The notes under the pieces are model-generated. The model did not search any database. It was not told the DNA's origin and saw only the letters and a program-made list of their open reading frames with translations. A program made the position numbers and the translations under genes. From Psammoneis japonica (Eukaryota), in assembly GCA_008632985.1 (NCBI GenBank), contig QPGO01000034.1, positions 263,311-327,310 on the forward strand: 64,000 nt of DNA. The letters run 5' to 3'. Below, piece after piece: positions 50,601 through 61,489 of this stretch (within the stretch, counting starts at the first letter, position 1; every line of letters starts with the position of its first letter).

Positions 50601-52328
50601 ACTCGTTCTTGCCTCAGGATTCTTTCAAAGCTGTCCTCCTTAATACACGACGACAATGCGAGTGCCTCTTTCGAGAGACTTAAGGAATTACTTGGCTCTT
50701 TTGCATTGACACCTGATCTTATTGGATCGGCAATGTCTGCACTCGTATCACTATCGTATACAAGAGCTTGCTCCGAAGATTTCGCTGTGGACGCAAAGAG
50801 CATGTGCTCAACCTGGATTAGAGAAATGTATGCGCAGTGCCAATCTTCGATTACTACGTACTTAACGAATGTGCAGAACAAGGGCGAGTCGTCATCGTTC
50901 GAAACTGGTGAAGTTTCTGTTACGAGATCGCTATACACTATCGGGGAGCTGTCTTTAGTAGGCTTCAGTTCTGATGAAGACCCACTTTCGAGAAACGGAA
51001 ATTCGAATATGAATCATGAGCTCGGATCTGTGATAGGACTTTACGAGGCCCCATCGAAGCATCTCTGCGGCCTTGTACAAGCCCTACTGCCGAAGAATCT
51101 TCCCGTTTCTGAGTCTTCAACTGGGGAGCTGACGTTGACGCCCGAGGCCATACGGGCCCACGCATTTACGGCTCTCGGGAAGCTCTGTCTTCGTGATGAG
51201 GATCTGGCAAAAGATTCGCTAACAGTCCTTGCCCGGGAACTCCACGATAGTCAGTTGTCGCCTTCCGTCAAAAGCAACGCACTGTTAGTGCTTGGTGATC
51301 TATGCGTGAAATATACAAACCTTGTCGACAGATATTTGCCGGTGATGGCGGTTTGTCTCCAGTCGGGAAACGCCACGTCTGGGGAAGCGTCCGCCCTAGT
51401 ACGTAGGCACGCCGTCCTTATGCTGTCAAGCTTACTGCTTCAAGATTACCTCAAGTGGCGCGGATTGATGTTCCACCGATATTTGGTGGCATCTGTTGAC
51501 GACGACGAGGGTGTCGCAAAACTTGCAGAAATGCTTGTGTGCGGCCCGCTTCTTCAAAAATTTCCTAAGCTTTTCTCTAACAACTTTGTCGAGTCGCTCT
51601 TTGTGCTCAACCGATGCACCGCGCACCCAATATACACGAGCGCCGCGATGGCAGGAGAGAGTGGCGGAGGAGTCGCTGTTGGTTTCGATGGAATTGAGCT
51701 AACGAAAGTCCAACGCCTACGTATTTATGAAATGATGCTTTCGCACATGTCAGACGAGGAAAAAATTGGAGCCACGGCAAGGTTAGCAAAAGATATCCTT
51801 GGTGGCGCTCTTGAGAGTGATGGAGATCTGAGTAAGGTGTGTAGACTCCAAGCTCATCTGATGACGCCGTCGACAATGAAGCAGAGGGAACGCCTGGAAA
51901 GTGCTCTGAATGTACTCCGTGACGCTTTTTCAATCTTTACAAGCCCGTTCCTCAGAGTAGGCAAGATAAGGGACGAAAATGATGACGAAATCGCGGATGT
52001 GCAGCCGAGCAATGCTTCTCACGTGAATGAAGTCAAAGGGAAACTCCTTTCCAAAATAAGCCGAAAGCAACTGATCGAGATCGTTCTTCCTATTCTTTGC
52101 AATTTGAAGACAGTTTTGCAGGAAAACAGCTCGCCCTTGCTGAAGGATTTGATGCGATACATGGTTGAAATCTTCTGTACATACAAGGTTGAAGTTGCAG
52201 AGTTCCTTGCGAACGATCCGATCCTTCTCCAAGAAGTCGAATTCGATGCTAATCAGTTCAAGAAACAAGCTCAGAAGAATGGGACGCCTTCCCGTATCAG
52301 TACACCTACAATTGCAGTTGAGGGATGA
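47640..52328 (+). CDS. NCAPD3: Condensin II complex subunit CAP-D3
   Basis: 1562 aa HEAT-type ORF with IRAHAFTALGKLCL, NALLVLGDLCVKYTNLVDRY, LLLQDYLKWRG and LPILCNLKTVLQENSSPLLKDLMRY. Confidence 0.9.
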   Translation: MARHQELEEARVCAKEGLRALLELEPVSSGGDQREEEFLQEERCRLLLRSLQQLKTRHDGDGVQEETQGAQGQFIRTSIKDYNNKSESQNDEEEPTLSIRDIIENLPSTTTSKLPTILSSFLSHRVDAYALLPATQDDRANEEAMGATAITITKLSLLAAQVYVELIGITGAWGAGMIEVGAISSLAALMRRWCVECRGGDPKAQQKEASKRKSSFTNKAPPIKRSRKASPRRKVVANIDDFSSDEDVTDSSDEEDISSVVDCDGGSFSTEDLIVAGLRVALALSDVPCQKEFMNWSGEAREAFVDALVSSLATASALELGNFKQEHASNDRAELCAQVRVSISQSLQNWVITSADESVILDLDAQRLMTNKQHDTSVYLLRSLLPVVSMQSELPNGQRGKQAAHDVALSTLKGFVQNAASETSKWSLSTTSNKRASSSTTPKSASNLGRRNGHSSGHDVATPRTSRKKRVSFGGTNGDSVLPPTLKKSVTPRTRLSHMSIGDSTPNANVQQPRPILSAVLGLLQKLSTWKGLERANDRARVISTLLLCLPLLPFSERSHFLKFVIQLCHSKISVHRLVGSELVGKILTEKWLWVHHAGTHRSSPSAVWSNAKTPATRRGSLSPLVKSSEENMPLALIGALHGRLTDRAPAVRARSAFSLSETLYKFSNGEVDIESGDDSWSAFEQAIGAVGSDMLVCLRTRAARDERATVKKAAISGLVELLVLGETFAFSNVRSICISEIDVSILRTLCGNQFVATRKAAADAITALLQRCYYNGHCSIEAAVGLEHAWSSAVLPLAQDVEVSCAGKVMSLFSSVVLNPLIEVGGYETEWDSESQKRRYMSAWRILAHASESSRQQGASRGESGSLRAVLKKQLSESGDDEKKLMKALLKEIRRNAISTLEIEDEITADLVPSIFGDDVEAQRIGVWCLFDAFVDVQMKDLSKLSYVVKRNKVDMDFLVSSWETLLQLAVSPKTPAHAISSLQESTRSCLRILSKLSSLIHDDNASASFERLKELLGSFALTPDLIGSAMSALVSLSYTRACSEDFAVDAKSMCSTWIREMYAQCQSSITTYLTNVQNKGESSSFETGEVSVTRSLYTIGELSLVGFSSDEDPLSRNGNSNMNHELGSVIGLYEAPSKHLCGLVQALLPKNLPVSESSTGELTLTPEAIRAHAFTALGKLCLRDEDLAKDSLTVLARELHDSQLSPSVKSNALLVLGDLCVKYTNLVDRYLPVMAVCLQSGNATSGEASALVRRHAVLMLSSLLLQDYLKWRGLMFHRYLVASVDDDEGVAKLAEMLVCGPLLQKFPKLFSNNFVESLFVLNRCTAHPIYTSAAMAGESGGGVAVGFDGIELTKVQRLRIYEMMLSHMSDEEKIGATARLAKDILGGALESDGDLSKVCRLQAHLMTPSTMKQRERLESALNVLRDAFSIFTSPFLRVGKIRDENDDEIADVQPSNASHVNEVKGKLLSKISRKQLIEIVLPILCNLKTVLQENSSPLLKDLMRYMVEIFCTYKVEVAEFLANDPILLQEVEFDANQFKKQAQKNGTPSRISTPTIAVEG

Positions 52329-52458
52329 AACGACCAGTGCCTGTTTGTGCTGGGACCGTTTTACGGAAGCTTGACATGTACCTTTCGCTGTGTGTAGTCG
52401 TAGTGAAAAAGCATTTATTCTACAAAAGTAACATGTGCGAAAGCAACGTGGCTTTCAT

Positions 52459-53462
52459 CTATGACTTATCTCTCTTTTGCAGAGTAGGGGAGCTCTGTTC
52501 TACAACTGTTTGAATCGCCTTTACCATTGCATCACTATGCGCGCCGACAGGCTCAGTAGTAACAATTGGAATGTCAATTTGAAGAGATTCAATTGCATCC
52601 TGGACAATCCTGGGGATGTCTTCAGAGACGTGCCGACCAAAGGGCGAAAGAAAGAACGGATGGCACACAATTTCGTCTGCGACAGTTCGAGAGACAGAGC
52701 AGTGAGAAGAAGCACGTGACGTCCGCGGCAAAATACACAAATCACAAGCATGAGATGCACCCTACTCGTCCTCATATTGTTGAGCTAGCTGATACAGAAC
52801 ATACCTACGCCGGCATTCAGGAGTTGTTTCAATCCCTCCTCAATGGAAGGACTCGCCAATTCCATGTGTGCGGCTTTCACCACAACACTAGGTCCCACAG
52901 TCGATTGATACATATATGCTAATTCATGCAAGCGGTCATTTGACGCTTGCTTCTTTGACCCGTGATCCATCAACAGTACACCAACAAGTGCTCCCTCTCT
53001 CTGCGTCCCTTCGTCTCCGATTACCGTTGCGGGTGCACCATCGGGATACATATGCGGAGACAAAGTCGGATCAAACACATCAGGCGAAGGCAATGATTGG
53101 AGGCTGTCCCCGACTTCCGTCGCAAACCCACTACTCAGTTTAAGGGGGTCGTATTTTTCTCCGCCATTCACTTCCTCAATATGTGACTTACTGGCTGATG
53201 CTGGATCAGCAGATATACCGTTTGGATATGCGTGCGGACTAAGCAAGGGATCGAAGTACTCAAACAGGTCTGGTTCATCTTCAGCCCCCCCACTTGACGA
53301 TGCTTGACATGCAACGCTTCGTAAACATTTTCGGTTACGCCACGCCGGTCCTCCGCGGACTGAAGACGGAAGCCACGCAAAGCTCCCTATTGTAATGAAA
53401 CTTCCGCTGAGAAGCAAGCACACCAGAAAAGTTGACAGAGCGCTTTCGATCTGCCCGTTCAT
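52459..53462 (-). CDS. Sirohydrochlorin chelatase (CbiX/SirB family) with signal-peptide-like N-terminus; one intron ~52805-52687
   Basis: LLMDHGSKKQASN, AHMELASPSIEEG, CHPFFLSPFGRHVSEDIP, TEPVGAH. Confidence 0.88.
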
Positions 53463-54300
53463 GTTCGTGTTGAAAACAGCTGAAGCCTGAGAGTCGAAGA
53501 TCTGTGTTTCAGGAGGGTATCTATCTTATCGTTGGTGTTCTACCGGTGATGGTTTCGGTCACGCTGTGAGTATTGCGAGCTGTGCCTGAATCATCGCATC
53601 GTCGTCTGCGGCCCCCTTCGCTCAATCCGCCACAACCTGCCACAATCTTTTCTGGAAGTCTGCGCGGAGTGAGTGAGATGATGAGTTATGAGCTGTCTGC
53701 TGGCGAGCTCCTCTATCTCAAGGCTTTTGCTCTAGAGATCGGAGTTCGAAGGCGGAGGGTAAGTCCAAGGCAGTAAGTTACAGTCAGGCTCTCTCTACTC
53801 TCTAGAGAGTGGAGAGGGCCCTAGAGTAGAGAGACTCCCAACAACTAGAGTAGGGACAAGGGAAATGGCGAAGACCATCAGCCTAGTCCTCCATAAAAAG
53901 AATAGCACAATCCACAAAGTTTGACACAAAAGACAGCAAGAGCAAACTTAACACCAACTCGTGATTCAACAGCTTCTCGTTGACATCTCGTCGCACAGGC
54001 GTCCTCGATGGAGTGAATAATGTTCACGGCTCCACTGGACATCGCCATTTGAACAATGCTAGCAAGTTACATGAAGGAGAAAGTGACGATATGATTGAAC
54101 AGTGCGGAAGCGCCGACCGAGTACGAACTGTGACGCATTCGACCAACATGGTCCCAGCGAGAAAGTCTTTATCCGTCACTCCCGCTTCAACAATCGAGTG
54201 AGAGCTGCTAGTAGGCCTCGGTTTCTTTGAGACTCAAAGGTAGTATATTTCTAGAAGACTGTCCTTAGACAGTAATGATTCATTTCTTAAGTATGAAAAC

Positions 54301-55254
54301 CTAAACGCGGTCTGTTTCATCGGTGCCTGTTCGTCGCAGTTCGCTACGCATTTCTTGCTCTTCCAGCCAAATCTCCCTGGGACGACCTCCTAGATATGGC
54401 ACACGTCCACAGCCTAAAACTCCAGAAAAAAGAACAGTACCAACAACGAAATATGTCACAAAGAGTGCAACAGCAAGCTCCACACTCCAACTCAGAAGAA
54501 AGTCAAAAGATTCCACTCCATCTACCCTGCCAAACTGGACAGGCTTCCCACCTTCTTCTGCGGCTTTATTGCCCCCCTTGTTATCAAGAACATCTTGTGA
54601 CTCAATACTTGCACGATAAACCACAATGACGGTTGCGATGGCGACAACGATAGTGACGGCAAAGATGACAACGTGACTTCCAAGTTTCTTACAACAACCG
54701 AATCTTTCTAAACATCCTCCAGGATGACAGCATGCACACGCAGACATGTACCATATACTCAAATCAAAAAGGGAATGAATAGAAGTCCCGACTGTCCAAA
54801 GCAGAATCATGCCGTAGGTGATTGTAATGCTCGTGTCCGACGAGTCAGTGGTTTTGTTGTTGCTGCTATCAGTAAATCCCGGAACGGTTGTGTTAACATT
54901 GATCGAAACAATAGAATCGTCCAGCCTATCGAAGGCTTCATCAGTAGAAATTAGGGACAAGAAGAAAATGTTGGTCAGGATGAGGCCAAAAGCTATCGAA
55001 CCAATCAAAGTCACGAGGCGTTGGCCCATTCCAATCGGATGGAGTCGGTGATGGCAACAGATGCCAAACACTGGATGGTTGTTCATAAAATACTGAAACC
55101 AGTCTTGACAGCAACTGTTCCCTGGTAAGTGATAGCATCGATCTGCAAGATATGGTACGATACTGGCTGCGTATTCATGTTGTTCTTGCCGATGTCTTTC
55201 AGGTCTTGCTGTGTAGTGAGATAGTTGTTGAGCGGCAACAGACTTTCCAGTCAT
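54301..55254 (-). CDS. Hypothetical multi-pass membrane protein
   Basis: 317 aa ORF with about four hydrophobic segments and NNHPVFGICCHHRLHP. Confidence 0.75.
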   Translation of the reverse strand: MTGKSVAAQQLSHYTARPERHRQEQHEYAASIVPYLADRCYHLPGNSCCQDWFQYFMNNHPVFGICCHHRLHPIGMGQRLVTLIGSIAFGLILTNIFFLSLISTDEAFDRLDDSIVSINVNTTVPGFTDSSNNKTTDSSDTSITITYGMILLWTVGTSIHSLFDLSIWYMSACACCHPGGCLERFGCCKKLGSHVVIFAVTIVVAIATVIVVYRASIESQDVLDNKGGNKAAEEGGKPVQFGRVDGVESFDFLLSWSVELAVALFVTYFVVGTVLFSGVLGCGRVPYLGGRPREIWLEEQEMRSELRRTGTDETDRV

Positions 55255-55774
55255 TCTTTACGAATTTTTCTTTCACAAAGAAAAATGAGGTAAAGCGTAT
55301 TGAAACGTCAGAGCGAGTTTCTCGTTGGCGGAGTCTGGTCCAAGGTTGGAAGGTTGCGATGTTCGATTGCTCCTTGGTTGTTCGCAACAACATGGTGCGT
55401 GCGTGCGTTGGGGCATTTTTCCCGGGACTGCCCGCGAGTCGTTGCATTCTCGCACACGGGACTCAGTAAACCGTTTTCGCATAAAAGCAAATAGAAGATT
55501 TAACGTTGGATTACCGGTCAACAGATTTGGCGGAGGCTCAACTCGCTCCGCGCACCTGAAAACTCCCTCCACCTTCGGCGGCGTTCAGCCAGGAAGCCAG
55601 CGCATTCATAACCAACTCCGAACTCACTCCGACCTCCGACCTCCGACCTCCGACGCCGTTCACCGAACTTGTGGATCTGATCTGCTCATCATTGTGCCTA
55701 CGGCCTACGGCACCTCTCCCTTTTACGTCGAAGGTCGACACATTCTTGCTGTTACCGCCCATTTCTGTAGACAG

Positions 55775-56671
55775 ATGAAGGTGTTCTTGCGTTACGAGGA
55801 TAACAACAACAAGGATCTTCACAAGACGTTGAAAATTACGCTACCCAAGTCTTGGAAGAATGGTCCAACTTCTCGTCTAGTGGCTCAGTTTGTGGAGTCG
55901 TACAATTCGAACGAAACGCTTGGATCCCTGAACTCTTTAAACGAAGACGACTTGCATTTGGAGCTGCAGCAGAATGGTGGAGAGAAGCTCTCTTTGCCGT
56001 CGGATGCCGTTGTGATTGAGGTCATTCCCGATCGTTCCGACGTCTTTGTAGTTCATGGTGCATCTAGTTCTTTGAAAGAAATCGAAGATGCCGAGAGGGA
56101 GCAACGTGAAAAAGAACAGGAAAGGTTGGCCAGCACGGTTGCATGCACACACTTTGGTTGTAAGAATCGTTTCCCCAAAGGTGGTCCATATCCATCGTGT
56201 ACGTTCCACAAGTCACCTCCGGTTTTTCATGAGACGGCCAAATTCTGGAGCTGCTGTCCAAACAAGAAAGCCTACGACTGGGAAGACTTTCAAAAGATTC
56301 CCGGTTGCCAAACAGGTGTATGCACCGACAAGAAGGAAGAGGATCAAAAACAATTTCTGGGAGGGACTGACCTGCGTGCTCAAGCCGGAGAGGCCTCGAC
56401 CCTGAAATCGATCGATGACTTCAACAAGTCACAAGCTGCCGGAGGATCCGATGCCGCACCCGTGCTAGATCGCTTGAAAAATGTTTTGGGAGAATTAGGG
56501 ATTGAAAATGAGCTATACGATCAGGTAGTAGAAGGTTTGAAACGAGAATTCGGTGGCGAAGACGCGGCAGAGGATGATCCTCAAGTTTTATCTCATGTTG
56601 CGAGGGAACTAGGTGTCAAACTCAAAGCCGCCTTGAAGGATATCGCAGTTGAACAGCTGCGAATCAAGTAG
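55775..56671 (+). CDS. CHORD-domain (Cys/His-rich zinc-binding) protein
   Basis: CTHFGCKNRF...CTFHKSPPVFHETAKFWSCCPNKKAYDWEDFQKIPGCQTG; probable start MKVFLRY at 55775. Confidence 0.88.
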   Translation: MKVFLRYEDNNNKDLHKTLKITLPKSWKNGPTSRLVAQFVESYNSNETLGSLNSLNEDDLHLELQQNGGEKLSLPSDAVVIEVIPDRSDVFVVHGASSSLKEIEDAEREQREKEQERLASTVACTHFGCKNRFPKGGPYPSCTFHKSPPVFHETAKFWSCCPNKKAYDWEDFQKIPGCQTGVCTDKKEEDQKQFLGGTDLRAQAGEASTLKSIDDFNKSQAAGGSDAAPVLDRLKNVLGELGIENELYDQVVEGLKREFGGEDAAEDDPQVLSHVARELGVKLKAALKDIAVEQLRIK

Positions 56672-57207
56672 CACTATTTGTGATTTAGGTCTAGAGTCTA
56701 GACGATGAGTAGCGCCGGTGACTTCCGCACGCCGAAGAGAGCACGAAATCTTGCGTGACCAGCAAATGAAAACGCCTTGTCCATCAATGTAACACACAGC
56801 AGACTGCTTTCAGCTTGAAGAAATAGCGAAACCGCTGTCGAAACTTTAATAGAGAAACTGTGAAAATCAGAATGATCTGCTTCCGCACGCATACTCTCTA
56901 GAGTAGAGAGTATCTAACGCAACATAAACTCTAGGATGGGCGTCGTCTCAAGGATGTAGGCTACATACTCCGAGTCTATCGCGTCGTCTGTCATCTGCGT
57001 GCGGCGGCGCGCTCGCTCGCCTGTGATTGAGTTGGTGTCCCTCCCTGCTCCATCCGTCACAAAACTTCGACGAGCAGTGCAACGACGCGGCGAGCCACGC
57101 ACAGCAAGCACGAGACGGTTACCGAAGCAGTCGCAGTATGCATAAGACGAGTACGGAAGGGTCAGGAAGTGAGTTCATTTTTTAATCTTTAGTTTGAAGG
57201 TGTCACA

Positions 57208-60200
57208 ATGTCAGAGTCTGGGGCAACAAAAGTAGGCGAGCAGAGAGATGAGTTTTCACGTAGTACTACCACCACCACCATCACCAACACGACGCCTGAG
57301 CTCGAATGTGGAACGAGCTTGGCGGAAGGCGAACATTTCGACGATAAGGCTCCAACGCACGGTCATTTGCATCAAAAACAGGAAAACTCCATCGATTCTT
57401 TGCGTTCTTTGATCGCCTCCGATGTAATTTCTTCATCTGGTTCGATCGAAACGTTTGTATCTCCATTCGAGGTTCCCACGAAGGGAAACAGCGCAGACCG
57501 GAAGAATCTATCGGTACCTCTTGTCTATTGTGACCAGACTGCATCAAACCGTCCTTGCCGAAGCATCGAGAAATACATCTCACAAACGTGCCTACCTCTT
57601 TATGGAAACACGCATACGAACACGAGCGTCACTGGTAGTCAGAGTACCGCTTTTGTCGCTGAAGCTCGACAAATCGTGGCCGAAGCGACCAACGCGAAAA
57701 TTACTGGAAAGGCCAGTTTGGATGTGGTACTTTTCGCGTAAGTGCCAGTGGTAGAAACGCTATCTTGTCTCCTCGTTTTATCTGTGTCTCATTTAAAAGT
57801 ACTGCTACTAATTTTGTGGAACTTTCAAGTGGCAATGGTACAACCTCGGCGGTGGAGTTGCTTATTGACTGCCTTGGAGTGAAGCACGCAGCGCGGCTAC
57901 TGGCGATAATCACGAAGAAAATCGCCCGGTTGTTTTCATAGGTCCCTATGAGCATCATTCTAACTTGTTACCATGGCGAGAATCTGGATGCGAGATCGTG
58001 ATGGTACCGGAATGTCAAGAGAGCAAAAGCGTCGACATCGCAGCTCTGGAAAGGTCGTTGAAGTCACCAAAGTACGCTCATAGATTAAAAATGGGGACAT
58101 TTAGCGCTGCGTCAAATGTCACCGGAAAAGTTTCCAAAGTGGACGAAATTGCGTCAGTATTGCACCGGCATGGAGCACTTGCATTTTTTGACTATGCGAC
58201 CGCTGCACCATACATGCCCATCAACATGAATCCCGCCCCATCCGAAAGATACCCCACAGCATCTCTTGTTGCCAAAGACGCAGTGTTTTTGAGCCCACAC
58301 AAAATGCTGGGTGGCATCGGTACGCCCGGAATCTTGATTATCAAGAAGCACCTTGCGCAGCAAACGACTCCTCCTCATCGCAGTGGTGGCGGCACTGTTT
58401 TTTATGTCACCAATACGCATCATCGATTTTTGAGCAACAGAATTGAACGTTACGAGGGAGGAACTCCAAACATTTCTGGAATAATTCGTACTGGACTTAC
58501 CTTTTTGTTGAAACGTCAAGCTGAGGAACAATACGCAATGTTGCAGTCCGAAGCGGCAGAAGACAAAGTGCTAGATGCTTTGCCGAGCACTATTTTGGAG
58601 AACGAGTATCATACCTACTCACATGTCCTCGAGGTTTTGAAAGAAAGAGCCCCCAATCTCGTATTGTTGGGATCAGAGGAGACAACTGATCGAAACCTGC
58701 CGATCTTCTCGTTCCTCGTTCAATGTGGGGAACGCTTTCTCCATTACAACTATGTGTGCGCAATTTTGAATGATGTTTTTGGTATCCAAAGCCGAGGGGG
58801 GTGTCAATGCTCTGGTCCATACTCGCAAAAACTCTTAGGTCTAACAACCATAGGTGCTAATGGCGTGGAGGTGCCAAACGAAGAAAATGATTTGATTGAG
58901 CACGCCCTTGTGCACTGCAAGGAACGGGCAGAACTGTTGCGTCCAGGATATACCCGACTGAGTCTTCCTTTCAAGGGCCTTACGACAAAGGAGGTGGACT
59001 ATGTCCTCAGGGCTTTGGAGTGGGTTTCTGCGCATGGTTGGGCTCTCATGTGTCACTACAGGTGCAACCATCGGACTGGTGAGGTGCGTTTTTGCTGGTC
59101 CTTTGGTTCCGCGTCATGTCGACGATTGCGAACTCAGGACCTTTGTTCTTTTTCATAATTACAGTGGCGACACAGCAGTAGACAAGGAAAGCCTCTGGGA
59201 AGGACCGAACGCAAGTGGCTGAGTCATTTTGATTTTTCTGGGTCTAGCACGAATATCGATTCGGAAGCGGCGTCTCGTGACATTGCCGACGCAGAGACTC
59301 TTTTTGACGATGCACTTGCCAATGCTGATGCATTACTGGAAACAGCGAGGTTAGATCGAAGCAGTATAATGCAGGTTCTGAGGATGAATGACACAAGCAA
59401 TATGCTGGGCAACGACGATGAAGCCATAGAAACCTTGCGCTGGTACGTTTATCCAAAGGAGGTGGCGAAGTGGCTCTCTGAGGGTACCGCGCCGACCCAT
59501 GTTGCCAGTTCTCACATTCTGGGGGCTATTCACCCTGTGGCTCTCGGTCGAAAAATAAATGCAAGTTCTCGTCATGGCAACAAGAAGACAAAGAAATCAG
59601 AGCAAGCTAGCGGTGATTACGCAGCTGACGCTTCAACAAACCAGAATAATTCGAACTCTCCCTCAGGAAGCGAACAATGCACCAATGGAACCTTCAGTTC
59701 ATCGAAGGGCTTGCTGCGTAATAGCAATACAACTGAGTCCCTAATCGTATTCTTCAGGGACGGGGAACACACGGGAGAGGCACCTTTGCAAGAAATTGAA
59801 AATGGACGGGATGAAGGTGAACTTTCCGAATATTGCGAAGTGTTTGATCAGACCACCAATACTTGGGTACCCATTTCTGATATCTCGAGTTTCAGGAAAA
59901 CGGAGCAGAAAGAGGAATGTGATTGTGCAGCATCTGCCACGGGGGCGATTTTAGATGCCCATTCGGGTGTGTCGCCGAAACAAAGCGAATGGCCTACAGC
60001 GACTCCTGAATCTACTAATACTACAGCGAGCTCGTCAGTCGCTGGTCTAAACGCGGTCGACCCCATAAACCATCGCAAAAAGCCTCCTCGAGATAGTTCA
60101 AGCTGGGGACAAGCGCCATTGGTTCAAATCAATGGTGCCGATACACTCAACGTCGACATTCCTCGAACCAATGGGACGACGAAAAGTAGAATGGCGCCGT

Positions 60201-61279
60201 GGATAAAACCGCCATCAAAACTGATGAGAAACATCACCCAGGCTGTTCTTCAATGGAACATGATTGAAGAAGGTGATAGATTGCTTCTTGGACTGTCAGG
60301 CGGGAAAGATTCTCTCAGCCTGCTTCATTGCCTGCTGGAATATCGACGGCGAATGCCGTTGAATTTCACAATTGAGGTTTGTACTGTTGATCCGATGACT
60401 CCCTCTTTTGACCCAAGCCCACTTGTCCCTTACGTCGAGGGTATGGGGTTGAAATATCACTATATCCGAGACGACATCGTTTCTCGAGCAAGTTCAAGTG
60501 GTAAGGATGGAAAGGTCGTGTCTTCGCTTTGTGCTTTCTGTGCACGCATGAAGAGAGGAAATCTCTACGCTTGTGCTCGACGAAACAAGTGCAATAAGTT
60601 GGTTCTTGCGCAACATCTCGATGATTGTGCCGAGTCGTTCTTGATGAGCACGATGCATAATGGGTTTCTTCGAACTATGAAAGCAAACTATAGAATCAAT
60701 GCCGGTGACATCTCTGTAATCCGTCCCATGGTGTATTGTCGAGAGTCTCTCATGACTGAGTTTGCAAAATCTGCTAATCTTCCGGTCATCAATGAGAATT
60801 GTCCCGCCTGTTTTGAGGAGCCCAAGGAACGCGCGAGGATGAAGGCGTTATTGAGAAGAGAAGAAGCGCTGTATCCTCACATCTATGAGAATATCCGTCG
60901 TTCATTGATACCTTTAATGCATGATGATGCAACGGGAATAATGCGCTGCTACACTGAAGAAGCTGTCTCAAAAACTCGCAAGGTTGGCAAGAATGCGAAA
61001 GCGAAGAAGATTTCTCAGCTAAAGGCGGAAAAGGAAGCACTGGAGAAATCAAGAAGTGAGCAACCAGTTTTATCTGAAGACGTAGCGAAACGCAGTGGTA
61101 AGCTTCTCGAAGAAGCCGACGAAGAAGAACTAATAAGGGAATTGACACGGCGGAAAGCGGATAGATTCAGGTTATCGGGTGCAATGGGCCGATTGGCGAA
61201 TGACGGAGATGAAACGGGACAAGTTTGTACTCTGAATGGCGGCAACGGTACCATTTCCTGCCGAGAGCTCATGGAATAG
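57208..61279 (+). CDS. Fusion of a class V PLP aminotransferase (cysteine desulfurase-like) and a TtcA-type tRNA 2-thiolase; introns 57738-57829 and 59084-59164; apparent 1-nt frameshift ~57890
   Basis: YCDQTAS, YGNTHT, GPYEHHSNLLPW, SPHK, RYEGGTP, GIQSRGGCQCSGPY; after the second intron the frame runs unbroken into LSGGKDS, SLCAFCARMKRG, LAQHLDD, IRPM and NCPAC. Confidence 0.85.
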
Positions 61280-61489
61280 AGATGGGACGGCTTGATGCAA
61301 AGAGGATAACGCGAACTAAACGTCTTCCTTACATTGACATAAAGTTATAACAATTTTGTTTAGCTTCGTAGATCAAGATTCCTGTAGCTACCCCCCTCAG
61401 GTCGCTTTTCTCCAACTTCCCACGCTGTATCATGTTCCACTTAATCTAAGGCGGTTGTGACTGGCGGCAAGTACAGAGAAGATGTCATA

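Noticed and set aside
55325..55774. 150 aa N-terminal extension of the CHORD ORF
   Set aside because: Starts at a non-ATG codon and crosses the divergent promoter; ATG at 55775 is more plausible.
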